Shown: positions 23,901-30,550 of the stretch, piece by piece | Numbering within the stretch: the first letter of the stretch is position 1 | How the letters are laid out: every line of letters begins with the position of its first letter | Source of the DNA: Candidatus Methanophagaceae archaeon | Lineage (GTDB): Archaea; Halobacteriota; Syntropharchaeia; Alkanophagales; Methanospirareceae | Direction of reading: 5' to 3' | DNA: 32,000 nucleotides | Assembly (NCBI GenBank): GCA_003194425.1 | Contig: PQXB01000001.1 | Location: 250,444-282,443 of the forward strand | Position numbers and translations under genes: made by a program | The notes under the pieces: generated by a model | Databases searched by the model: none | What the model was told of the DNA's origin: nothing | Seen by the model: only the letters and a program-made list of their open reading frames with translations

Positions 23901-26514
23901 CAAAGGCAACTTGCTCTACTCGGTCGGCGACAGTTTTTACCTGAGTTCCTCCACGCAGAAGCACTGGGCGACCTACACTGCCAACTGGACTACAGGAGAC
24001 CTACCAGTTCCCGAGACTGCGACTGTTAGAGAGGCGAGGTTGTACGTGCCTTACACCTGGGACAAGGCAGGTGTGATGCCCGACGAGGTGAGCCTGACCT
24101 TCAACGGCGTTGCTCAAACACTGGATGCACACTACACAGACAGGAAAGGCTACGGCTCCTACGACTACCCTTACGGAGCGCTGGCTTACAATGTAACCTC
24201 GGGTTTTGACCTTGACGTAAGGAACACCGCAGTGCTAACGAACACACACCCCGGCGGTGGAAATGTGTCAATTCGCGGAATGCTTCTCACGGTGATTTAC
24301 GCAGACGAGAGCGAGCCACTGCGGGAGATATTTGTTAACGAGGAGTTTGACCTGCTCTACGGCGGGGCGTCAAAATGCACGACGCCCGAGGAGGCGACCG
24401 CTTACGCTCCTTTCGGAACTGCTAACACTGAAGATGTTTTCTCTGCCACGCTGATAACAGTCGCTCCTGGTGCAGGACCGAGTGAGGGGGAGCTGACCTT
24501 CAACGGGCAGAAATGGACGGACGTGTGGAGTTTTGCAGGCGCTACGCAAATAGGAATAGATAAGCGAGAAGTAACTGCGTTCTTGCAGGCGGCCGAGAAC
24601 GAAGCGGGGTTCCAAAGCAGCGCCGACTACTTTGAACCGAGCAACGCATTCCTCGTTGTAGAACACAAGAGGCCAGACCTTGTCGTCAGAGGGATTAAAA
24701 TAAACCCCAACGGCACTCGCGGCGAAGAGATTGTTAGGGTTTATGTAAATGAGAGCAACAACCTCACTGCAGTCGTGCAGAACAACGGAAATGCCGACGC
24801 AGGAGCGTTTGAGGTCTGCTTCGAGGTGGGTTCAGGCGTTGAGGTCGGCTGCGTAAACGTGGCTGGACTGCCTGCTGGGGCTAACGCAACGGTCAGCACC
24901 TTTTGGACGCCGTGTTGCGAAAACTACTCGGTTGAGCCCGGTTTCCCGGCACGCTCGCTTCCCACAACTGTAAATGTAACTGCGGACTGCACTGAAAAAA
25001 TACCCGAGTCAGACGAGGCGAACAACCTGCTCTCGAAGTTTATTCCCGCTGTTCAGCAGTACGCGGGCTACGATGTTTTAGGCGGGGTCGTTAACAACGG
25101 CTACAAGAGCAAGAACTTCGACTGCAACGCCACTGAAGAGCCGCTGACACTCTTCGAGCACGAGGAGGAGTTGCTCGGCGGCGGTCTCGCGTTAAATGTA
25201 AGCGGTGCGAAAATCAGTTCCTTCGATCCCGGCGAGACCAGCACAAGAACCCACCACATTGAAATTCCTGAAGGTGCAACCGTGAAAACCGCGAGGCTCT
25301 ACGTCTACTGGTACGACAAATGGGGTAACTACAAGCAGTACCCAACTGGGTGCTTGGCGGACCTCAGCGTGAATTTTGGTGGCACCGAGTTCGCACCCGC
25401 AAAGAAATACAACGACCAGAAGGGCTTCGGCTACTACCACAGCCCGAAAGGAACTTACACCTACAACGTGACCTCAAAGGTGCGAGAAGCCGGGTCTGGC
25501 GACTACACCGCAGTCGTCAAGAACACCGACCCCAAGAACAGCACGACCCTACTCGGCGAAATGCTACTCGTCGTCTACGACGACCCAGCGAAGACAAACC
25601 TCACGCAAATTTGGGTGCTTGAGGGCAACGACTACTTAATGTCCGCAGACGAGACGCACAACAGCTACAACTACGGCGTCTCGCCAGAAGAGGCGACTGC
25701 AACCGTGAAATTACCCGGAAACCTCTCGACAGCGGCAGCGAATCTCAGTTCCGTCTGCTCTGCAACGCTAATTTCGGTCGTCGCGCAGGGAATGTCGCCT
25801 GGAGCAAACCTACTCTTCAACGGCGAAGTCGTTAAGACAGACGCTTGGAACACGGAGACCGAAGCCTACCCAAACAGCAAAATTAATTTGGAGTCGTTAG
25901 ATGTGAAGCCCTACCTGACCTTAACCGCTTCAGGCAACAGAGGAAACAGCGTTGGCTTCCAAGACACTGGCACCGACGGTCTGCAGGCGAGCAACGCGAT
26001 TCTTGTGGTGGAATATTCTGAGCAAGAGCCACTGCACCCCGCTGTTTCAATTTCCACCGACAAAACAGACTACACCCCTGGCGAGACAATGCAAATTACA
26101 CTGAACTTGTCAAATCCAACGGGGACTGACCAAACGGTGTGGTTTGAGTGGTACTTTGGAATACCGGCTTACAGCTACTGGCTGCCTTTTGTAGAGCCTT
26201 TGCCTTTAAATTTGCCCGCGGGTTGCGAGTACTCCTTCCCCTTTTCAATTTTGGTAGGCAACTGGGGCGAGACGGGATTTGACGCAGTCTGGCTCGTGAA
26301 CCTGTCAGACCCGGTAACGCACAAAATTATAAGTTCTGACACTGCCGAGTGGAGCTACGCCCCTGTTCCTCCTGCTACTGCTGTTGCTACCGCTGCAGTT
26401 AGCAGCGAGCAAACGCGAAGCGTAGAGAACTTTGATGAGGAAATGTTAGGTTCAGGCAGAGAAATAGAAAAGAAGTTAAAGGCAAAATTAGAAAGTGAAA
26501 CAGAAAAAAGATGA
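20965..26514 (+). CDS. giant secreted protein: CarboxypepD_reg-like + 2x(LTD + CARDB + DUF3344-like) + CARDB + DUF3344-like + shared C-terminal domain
   Basis: 1849-aa ORF with SD TAGGAGA upstream.
- Lamin-tail-domain motif: NINEIMYNPS.EQGSDTVLEW.ELRNDDTAAVNLNGWTI...RVSY (twice).
- CARDB motif: PDLTVT...NEVCVTVENIGTD...ESNETNNAAS (twice), plus a diverged third copy PDLVVRGI...ESDEANN.
- Three DUF3344-like modules, named from memory of the family: VVNNGYKGKRYTGG...REARLYVPYTWDK...LLTVIY.
- C-terminal ISTDKTDYTPGETMQITLNLSNPT...VGNWGETGF...DTAEWSY. Confidence 0.9.
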   Translation: MGEKGRKREGGKWKKRRLIGVAAVGAILVTTFASQAVCASVPLFNEAILRGYVFDTQGNPIQRALIEWRDSETMELFELTTTTYTGYYSTPHLFNDAGAVRSLITAAKTDFSTNSTIITTEPAFPPTFYELNFTLLEIAETGSININEIMYNPSTEQGSDTVLEWIELRNDDTAAVNLNGWTIATPEVGKITEEIILQPGGYAVLARNKDAFEAYYGAGGELSCSVVEVEMRLGNAEDTVVLKDGAGTEIDRVSYKDDWGADGNGKTLELIGAGGGWRESVADDGTPCAENSVVFMKPDLTVTVSDGSLNCGFLFGNESNEVCVTVENIGTDRTDAFNLSFDMNGFSTEERVAGGLVAGGNATTVCVADPTLRSAGDSVTVRVVADCNGEITESNETNNAASLTTTVVNNGYKGKRYTGGEDIASWKKFELNGDLLYSVGDSFYLSAYTYKHWTEYAANWTVSDLQVPDTETATVREARLYVPYTWDKAGVMPDEVSLTFNGVTQTLDAHYTDEKMHATSYPYGMLVYNVTEDLDTSASGNTAVLTNSHLGGGNVSIRGMLLTVIYADESEPLREIFVNEEFDLLYGGASKCTTPEEATAYAPFGTADTEDVLSATLVTVAPGAGPSEGELTFNGQKWTDVWSFAGATQIGIDKREVTSFLQAAENEAGFQSSADYFEPSNAILVVEHIERVNLNINEIMYNPSKEQGSDTVLEWLELRNDDTAAVNLNGWTIATPEVGKITEEIILQPGGYAVLARNKDAFENYYGAGGELSCSVVEVEMRLGNAEDTVVLKDGAGTEIDRVSYKDDWGADGNGKTLEWNATGWFESEVEGGTPCAENSVVFMKPDLTVTVSDGSLNCGFLFGNESNEVCVTVENIGTDRTDAFNLSFDMNGFSTEERVAGGLVAGGNATTVCVADPTLRSAGDSVTVRVVADCNGEITESNETNNAASLTTTVVNNGYKGKRYTGGEDIASWKKFELKGNLLYSVGDSFYLSSSTQKHWATYTANWTTGDLPVPETATVREARLYVPYTWDKAGVMPDEVSLTFNGVAQTLDAHYTDRKGYGSYDYPYGALAYNVTSGFDLDVRNTAVLTNTHPGGGNVSIRGMLLTVIYADESEPLREIFVNEEFDLLYGGASKCTTPEEATAYAPFGTANTEDVFSATLITVAPGAGPSEGELTFNGQKWTDVWSFAGATQIGIDKREVTAFLQAAENEAGFQSSADYFEPSNAFLVVEHKRPDLVVRGIKINPNGTRGEEIVRVYVNESNNLTAVVQNNGNADAGAFEVCFEVGSGVEVGCVNVAGLPAGANATVSTFWTPCCENYSVEPGFPARSLPTTVNVTADCTEKIPESDEANNLLSKFIPAVQQYAGYDVLGGVVNNGYKSKNFDCNATEEPLTLFEHEEELLGGGLALNVSGAKISSFDPGETSTRTHHIEIPEGATVKTARLYVYWYDKWGNYKQYPTGCLADLSVNFGGTEFAPAKKYNDQKGFGYYHSPKGTYTYNVTSKVREAGSGDYTAVVKNTDPKNSTTLLGEMLLVVYDDPAKTNLTQIWVLEGNDYLMSADETHNSYNYGVSPEEATATVKLPGNLSTAAANLSSVCSATLISVVAQGMSPGANLLFNGEVVKTDAWNTETEAYPNSKINLESLDVKPYLTLTASGNRGNSVGFQDTGTDGLQASNAILVVEYSEQEPLHPAVSISTDKTDYTPGETMQITLNLSNPTGTDQTVWFEWYFGIPAYSYWLPFVEPLPLNLPAGCEYSFPFSILVGNWGETGFDAVWLVNLSDPVTHKIISSDTAEWSYAPVPPATAVATAAVSSEQTRSVENFDEEMLGSGREIEKKLKAKLESETEKR
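21393..24668 (+). repeat. intragenic tandem duplication, 2 x about 1.64 kb (copy 1 about 21393-23030, copy 2 about 23043-24668)
   Basis: The offset is 1650 nt at the start (taaacgagat at 21401 and 23051) and 1638 nt at the end (agcgccgact at 22981 and 24619). Long blocks appear identical by eye, for example about 21840-22250 against 23478-23890. Diverged patches with small indels lie between them. Confidence 0.9.
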
Positions 26515-28064
26515 AAAGGAGGATTAAAATTTGCGGTGCGACGCTGCTGTTGGTCTTGGTAGTTTCGGCGTTTGCAGTGCCAAGCGGAGTGGCCGGAGTG
26601 GCAGCCCTTGAGAGACCGACTTACGGCGTTGAACTGACCGTAGACGGCGGCAACAAGACTGCGAACCAGTCCGTGCGGCTTGGTGAGAACGCGACCTACA
26701 ACCTGAGCCTTACGAACGCAGGAAATGCCACAGACCGCTACACGCTGAACTTTTCGAACCCGAACAACGCGACAACCTGCGGGCTGCTGCTCGGTGCGGC
26801 GAGTCTCAAAAAGAACCTAACGACAGCAGTCTTGGTGCCCGGAGAGAGAGCGAATTTAACGCTCGTCGTCGGAAACTCGACCGAAGGAGTGTTCAAAGTG
26901 AACGTAACCGCTACCTCTGTGAACGACCCTGCAAATGCAACCGTTAACACAACGACTACGGTTGGGACAGCACCAACGAGCCCTTCACTCGTCTCCTACA
27001 CCATTTCCAACCGCACAATAACGCCACCCCAAACCACAGAAATAGATGTTAGATTCTCGGAGCAGGTGGAAGCGTGGATAAAAATCGAAGATTCCGAGAG
27101 AAATTTGGTGAACGAGTTGTACCACAGCCCTGCCGTGACCAACCCAAAACCTAAAATCTGGGACGCAACCTTCACAAACGGAACACTCGTTGGAGACGGC
27201 GACTATTTTGTAAATGTTACTGGGACCTGCGCATGCAGCAGCATAGAATGCACCGTAACGAACGACACCGAAATTATCACCGTTACCCTCCCGCCAGACA
27301 CCGACACCACGCCACCCGCGGTAACAGACCCAACTGCAACGCCCGAGACGATTCTTGCCGACGGAGTCCAAACCTCGCTCTTGAGTGTGACTGTCAAAGA
27401 TGAGACCGCGGTTGACACTGTCGTAGTGAACCTCTCGCAAATCGGCGGGTCGCCAGCACAGGTCTTGGAACTCATCAACAGCACGCTCTTTCTCTACGGC
27501 ACGACGACAAACGCGTCGGTGGGAACGCCACCCGGAACCTACAACCTAACAGTCTCTGCAACTGACATTTACGGGAACTCTAACGCGTCGGTGAGCTTTC
27601 GGCTGACCGTTACCGAACCAAGACTCGCTGTTTCAATTTCCACCGACAAAACAGACTACGCCCCTGGCGAGACAATGCAAATCCAACTGAACTTGTCAAA
27701 TCCCACGCCCGCCGACCAAATGCTGCTGTTTGCGTGGTACTTTGCGATCCCTGACTACAGCTACCAGACCGCCGTCGTAGCACCTACGCTTGTTATTTTA
27801 CCAGCGGGCTGCGACTTTTCCTTCCTCCTTCCAATGCCTGTGGGCGACTGGGGTGCGACAGATTTCAACGCTACTTGGTCTGTTGAACTGCTCAACCCGC
27901 TGACCTACAGCGTCGTAGACGACGACACTGCCGAGTGGCGTTACACGGCTGTGCGTGCGGCGGCAGGAGCGGAAATTGCAGGAGAAGAGGCGGCAGCAGC
28001 AGAGAAAATCGGTGCGGAAATAAAGAGAGAGCTAAACAAAGAGGGAGGGGTGCTACCTTTTTAA
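26511..28064 (+). CDS. secreted, heavily sequon-decorated Ig/CARDB-like repeat protein with the shared C-terminal domain
   Basis: The start overlaps the upstream stop (ATGA at 26511-26514). Signal peptide ICGATLLLVLVVSAFAVPSGVAG. CARDB/NEW3-like segment YGVELTV...NATYNLSLTNAGNATDRYTLNF. C-terminal domain ISTDKTDYAPGETMQIQLNLSNPT...VGDWGATDF...DTAEWRY. I count 24 N-X-S/T sequons (X not P) in 517 aa. Confidence 0.85.
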   Translation: MKRRIKICGATLLLVLVVSAFAVPSGVAGVAALERPTYGVELTVDGGNKTANQSVRLGENATYNLSLTNAGNATDRYTLNFSNPNNATTCGLLLGAASLKKNLTTAVLVPGERANLTLVVGNSTEGVFKVNVTATSVNDPANATVNTTTTVGTAPTSPSLVSYTISNRTITPPQTTEIDVRFSEQVEAWIKIEDSERNLVNELYHSPAVTNPKPKIWDATFTNGTLVGDGDYFVNVTGTCACSSIECTVTNDTEIITVTLPPDTDTTPPAVTDPTATPETILADGVQTSLLSVTVKDETAVDTVVVNLSQIGGSPAQVLELINSTLFLYGTTTNASVGTPPGTYNLTVSATDIYGNSNASVSFRLTVTEPRLAVSISTDKTDYAPGETMQIQLNLSNPTPADQMLLFAWYFAIPDYSYQTAVVAPTLVILPAGCDFSFLLPMPVGDWGATDFNATWSVELLNPLTYSVVDDDTAEWRYTAVRAAAGAEIAGEEAAAAEKIGAEIKRELNKEGGVLPF

Positions 28065-28087
28065 CCTCCTCTTTTTTCTTTATTTTT

Positions 28088-29479
28088 ATGACACGGAAAA
28101 GAAGCGGAAGTGCAGTTCTTCTCGTCACAGCACTCCTTATTTTCGCTTTTATTTCTCTAACTTTAATTCTAACTCTAACTCCCAGCGTTAGCGCTGCGGA
28201 AAGTCTAACTCCCAGCGTTAGCGCTGCGGAAAGCGCTGCGGAAAGCGAGACCGAAAATAAATTTTGCATCACGAAAATCAGCCCCAGGAATATACAGCCC
28301 GCAGACATTTCCACAGTGAGCGTAACGATAAAAAATATCGGCTCGCATTCCGCATTTCACGTCGCGACCGAGGTTGAGACGGCTAAGATGCTTGCGGGCG
28401 AGACGGGCGAAACGGGTGAGACAACGCCTGTAAAGGTCGTAGGAAGGGCGAAGAAGAGCGTAGGGACGACTTCTCTGAACTCGCTTGGTTGCGACCGAGA
28501 AGCAACAGTCAAGTACGACTTTTATGTCGAGAAGGACGCAGAAGCGAGCACCTACAACATTCCGCTGAAAGTTCTCTGGCGGGAGAAGCCCGAGGAGGTG
28601 GGGAGAGAGGGGTGGAGAGGAAGAGAAGGAGAAGAGAACGAGGTGCGAAGCGAGACATTGTATTTTGGGGTCAGAGTGCTTGGGCAGTCGAGAGCGGCGG
28701 AAATTGATGTTGTCAATGTTACAACCGCTCCTGCTGGTGCAGGAATTAAGCCTGGCGCGGAGGCGACCCTAAAAATCAAACTCAAAAATATCGGCGGTTT
28801 GACGGTTAGCAGGCTTAAGGTAAGGCTGACTGCAGAAGAGCCGTTCACACCGCTTGATTCCGACTTAGAGCAGTACCTAACAGACCTAAAGCCAAACGAG
28901 ACGAGGACAGCGTATTTTAATCTCTCGGTGGACAGAGAAGCCGCGAGTTCGTGCTACGAACTACCGCTCGTCTTGGAGTACGAGGACGAGTTCGGCAGTC
29001 ACGAAAAGAACACCTCGGTCGGCGTTTCCGTGAAAGGCAGCCCGAGAGTTCTTATTCAGGAAATTATTCTCGAGCCCAGCAAATTGAGTAGTGGCACCGA
29101 AGGGCTGCTTATGATTCGGCTGATAAACACAGGCACGGAGAGTGCAGAGGACACGAAAATAAGAATCGCAGGAGCAGAAGGGATTTTAACCGAAGGGCAC
29201 CAGTTCATCGGCGAAATCGCACCCGACGAATCGGAAACCGCAACCTTCGGCGTCTCGGTTGCTGAAGAAGAAGTTGAGACAGGAAAACACGGTCTGACGA
29301 TAAAAATCGCCTACGAGGACGAGTTCGGAACGAGCTGCCCTGCAAACTCCAAAATCTACGAAATAACCGTCTTTGAGTCCGAGCCGTTCTTGCCGACGAA
29401 ATATGTTTACGCTTTGGCGGGCGTTGCAGCGGCGGCGGTGGTAGGTTACCTTTTACTAGTAGTGAGGCTCAAAAAATGA
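28088..29479 (+). CDS. COG1361-like CARDB-repeat surface protein with C-terminal transmembrane anchor
   Basis: The track ORF (27935) overlaps the previous gene. The ATG at 28088 starts MTRKRSGSAVLLVTALLIFAFISLTLIL (signal/anchor). Repeated modules of the type V.V.N.G...A..v...l...p.....e.......l.p.es....f.v. follow, for example ISTVSVTIKNIGSHSAFHV, ATLKIKLKNIGGLTVSRLKV and GLLMIRLINTGTESAEDTKI. The C-terminal TM is YVYALAGVAAAAVVGYLLLVVRLKK. Confidence 0.8.
   Translation: MTRKRSGSAVLLVTALLIFAFISLTLILTLTPSVSAAESLTPSVSAAESAAESETENKFCITKISPRNIQPADISTVSVTIKNIGSHSAFHVATEVETAKMLAGETGETGETTPVKVVGRAKKSVGTTSLNSLGCDREATVKYDFYVEKDAEASTYNIPLKVLWREKPEEVGREGWRGREGEENEVRSETLYFGVRVLGQSRAAEIDVVNVTTAPAGAGIKPGAEATLKIKLKNIGGLTVSRLKVRLTAEEPFTPLDSDLEQYLTDLKPNETRTAYFNLSVDREAASSCYELPLVLEYEDEFGSHEKNTSVGVSVKGSPRVLIQEIILEPSKLSSGTEGLLMIRLINTGTESAEDTKIRIAGAEGILTEGHQFIGEIAPDESETATFGVSVAEEEVETGKHGLTIKIAYEDEFGTSCPANSKIYEITVFESEPFLPTKYVYALAGVAAAAVVGYLLLVVRLKK
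28175..28246 (+). repeat. 30-bp perfect tandem repeat (2 copies plus a 12-bp partial) encoding LTPSVSAAES x2 just after the signal anchor
   Basis: ctaactcccagcgttagcgctgcggaaagt (28175-28204) and ctaactcccagcgttagcgctgcggaaagc (28205-28234), then gctgcggaaagc (28235-28246). Confidence 0.85.
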
Positions 29480-30333
29480 GGAGAACGCAAAAAAAAGGAA
29501 CGGGGAGACAGGTTTTTTTGTTGGTTTTGTTTCTGTGCTATTTTCTGCTCTTGACTCCTTACATTGTGCACACGAACCTGAACGAAGTTGGAGGAGGGGT
29601 TGTCGAGGACTTGAAGACCGTCCCAGTTCCGTCTCTTCCTGCAGACATTCAGGACCTTGTCTTTGACTTTGGCGGGGACGAAAGCGACTGCACGGTTCTT
29701 TTGCTGGAAAACAGCGTCTCGGGCGAGAGAACAGCCGTTGTAACCGTCCAAGACTGCGAAATCCAAAAGGGCGCGGTGGTGAAGGTTACAGACAAAATAA
29801 TCGAGTGGTTCGTGGACTGGCACGCCTACCAGTCCTGCAGCGGCTTTGACTTTGGCGAGAAGTTTGGAGTCCTTGTTGTCGGCGAGGTCGCAGAGGTTAG
29901 TGCAGCAGAGTCGGGCGTTGAAAAGGTTCTTTCCTCCCGCCCCCTCGGCAGTCCCCTCTTCACGCTTTCAAAGGCGTCTTTTCTCTTTGCTCCGCTGCTG
30001 CTCGTAGTTTGCCTTAGTCTCGGCACCAGAAACCGCTTTTACCTCTGGAACTTCGCTGCGGTCTTGGCTCTCTACTCTTTTGAAGTCTTTCTGCTCAACA
30101 CCGCAGGGAGCGTGCTGCACGAGGTTGCGCTAGCGGGAGCAAGAGCTGGGGTAGGGGCAGAGGGAGGAGGAGTGGGTGCAGCAGAGGGTTGGAAATATTT
30201 TGGCTACTTGTTTGTGCTGTTAGTCCCCTTCACCGTTCTTTTCGCACGCTACGAGGAGAGCGAAGAGGGGCAGAGGAGACTAAAAAAGTTTTACGCGGGG
30301 CTGCTTGAGTTAGTTGATCGTTTGTTTCAGTGA
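29476..30333 (+). CDS. hypothetical membrane protein
   Basis: 285-aa ORF whose ATG overlaps the upstream TGA (ATGA at 29476-29479). N-terminal TM VFLLVLFLCYFLLLTPYIV, plus three or more C-terminal hydrophobic segments (FLFAPLLLVVCLSL, LWNFAAVLALYSFEVFLL, FGYLFVLLVPFTVLF). No family recognised. Confidence 0.6.
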   Translation: MRRTQKKGTGRQVFLLVLFLCYFLLLTPYIVHTNLNEVGGGVVEDLKTVPVPSLPADIQDLVFDFGGDESDCTVLLLENSVSGERTAVVTVQDCEIQKGAVVKVTDKIIEWFVDWHAYQSCSGFDFGEKFGVLVVGEVAEVSAAESGVEKVLSSRPLGSPLFTLSKASFLFAPLLLVVCLSLGTRNRFYLWNFAAVLALYSFEVFLLNTAGSVLHEVALAGARAGVGAEGGGVGAAEGWKYFGYLFVLLVPFTVLFARYEESEEGQRRLKKFYAGLLELVDRLFQ

Positions 30334-30550
30334 AACTACTTAAAGACGTAAAAGAAACTTTTAATGAAGGAGAAAAAGCAGAGAAAGAAAAATGTCAGGC
30401 TCGTCTGTTTCAAGTTGGATGAGAGCGTCTGGGGGGAACGCCGTGGGAAAAATAGAAATAAGAGAGGAAAACCGAAGCGGAGAGGAAAGACGCTTTACAA
30501 GTAAAAACCCTCTAAAGTCAAAAAAAAATTAGGAGGTGAAAAAAGAAAAA

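Noticed and set aside
27935-28087. N-terminal extensions of track ORFs (27935 start overlapping the previous gene by 130 nt; 16821 start; 16153 GTG start; 12435 TTG start)
   Set aside because: The extensions are Arg/Gly/Cys-rich or Lys/Glu-rich nonsense and overlap upstream genes or the SD itself. Internal ATG or GTG codons followed by signal peptides or family-typical N-termini were preferred.
11503-28246. Whether any of the short tandem repeats (11503-11569, 18301-18348, 28175-28246, 15759-15794) represent a CRISPR array
   Set aside because: The units are 9-30 bp and directly adjacent, with no unique spacers, and most are in frame within genes. No cas-like genes are present in the window.
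30392-30517. 41-codon ORF (MSGSSVSSWMRASGGNAVGKIEIREENRSGEERRFTSKNPL*) in the purine-rich leader upstream of the metacaspase-like gene
   Set aside because: It is short, has no well-spaced SD, and its composition follows from the purine-rich spacer. There is not enough evidence to call it a gene.
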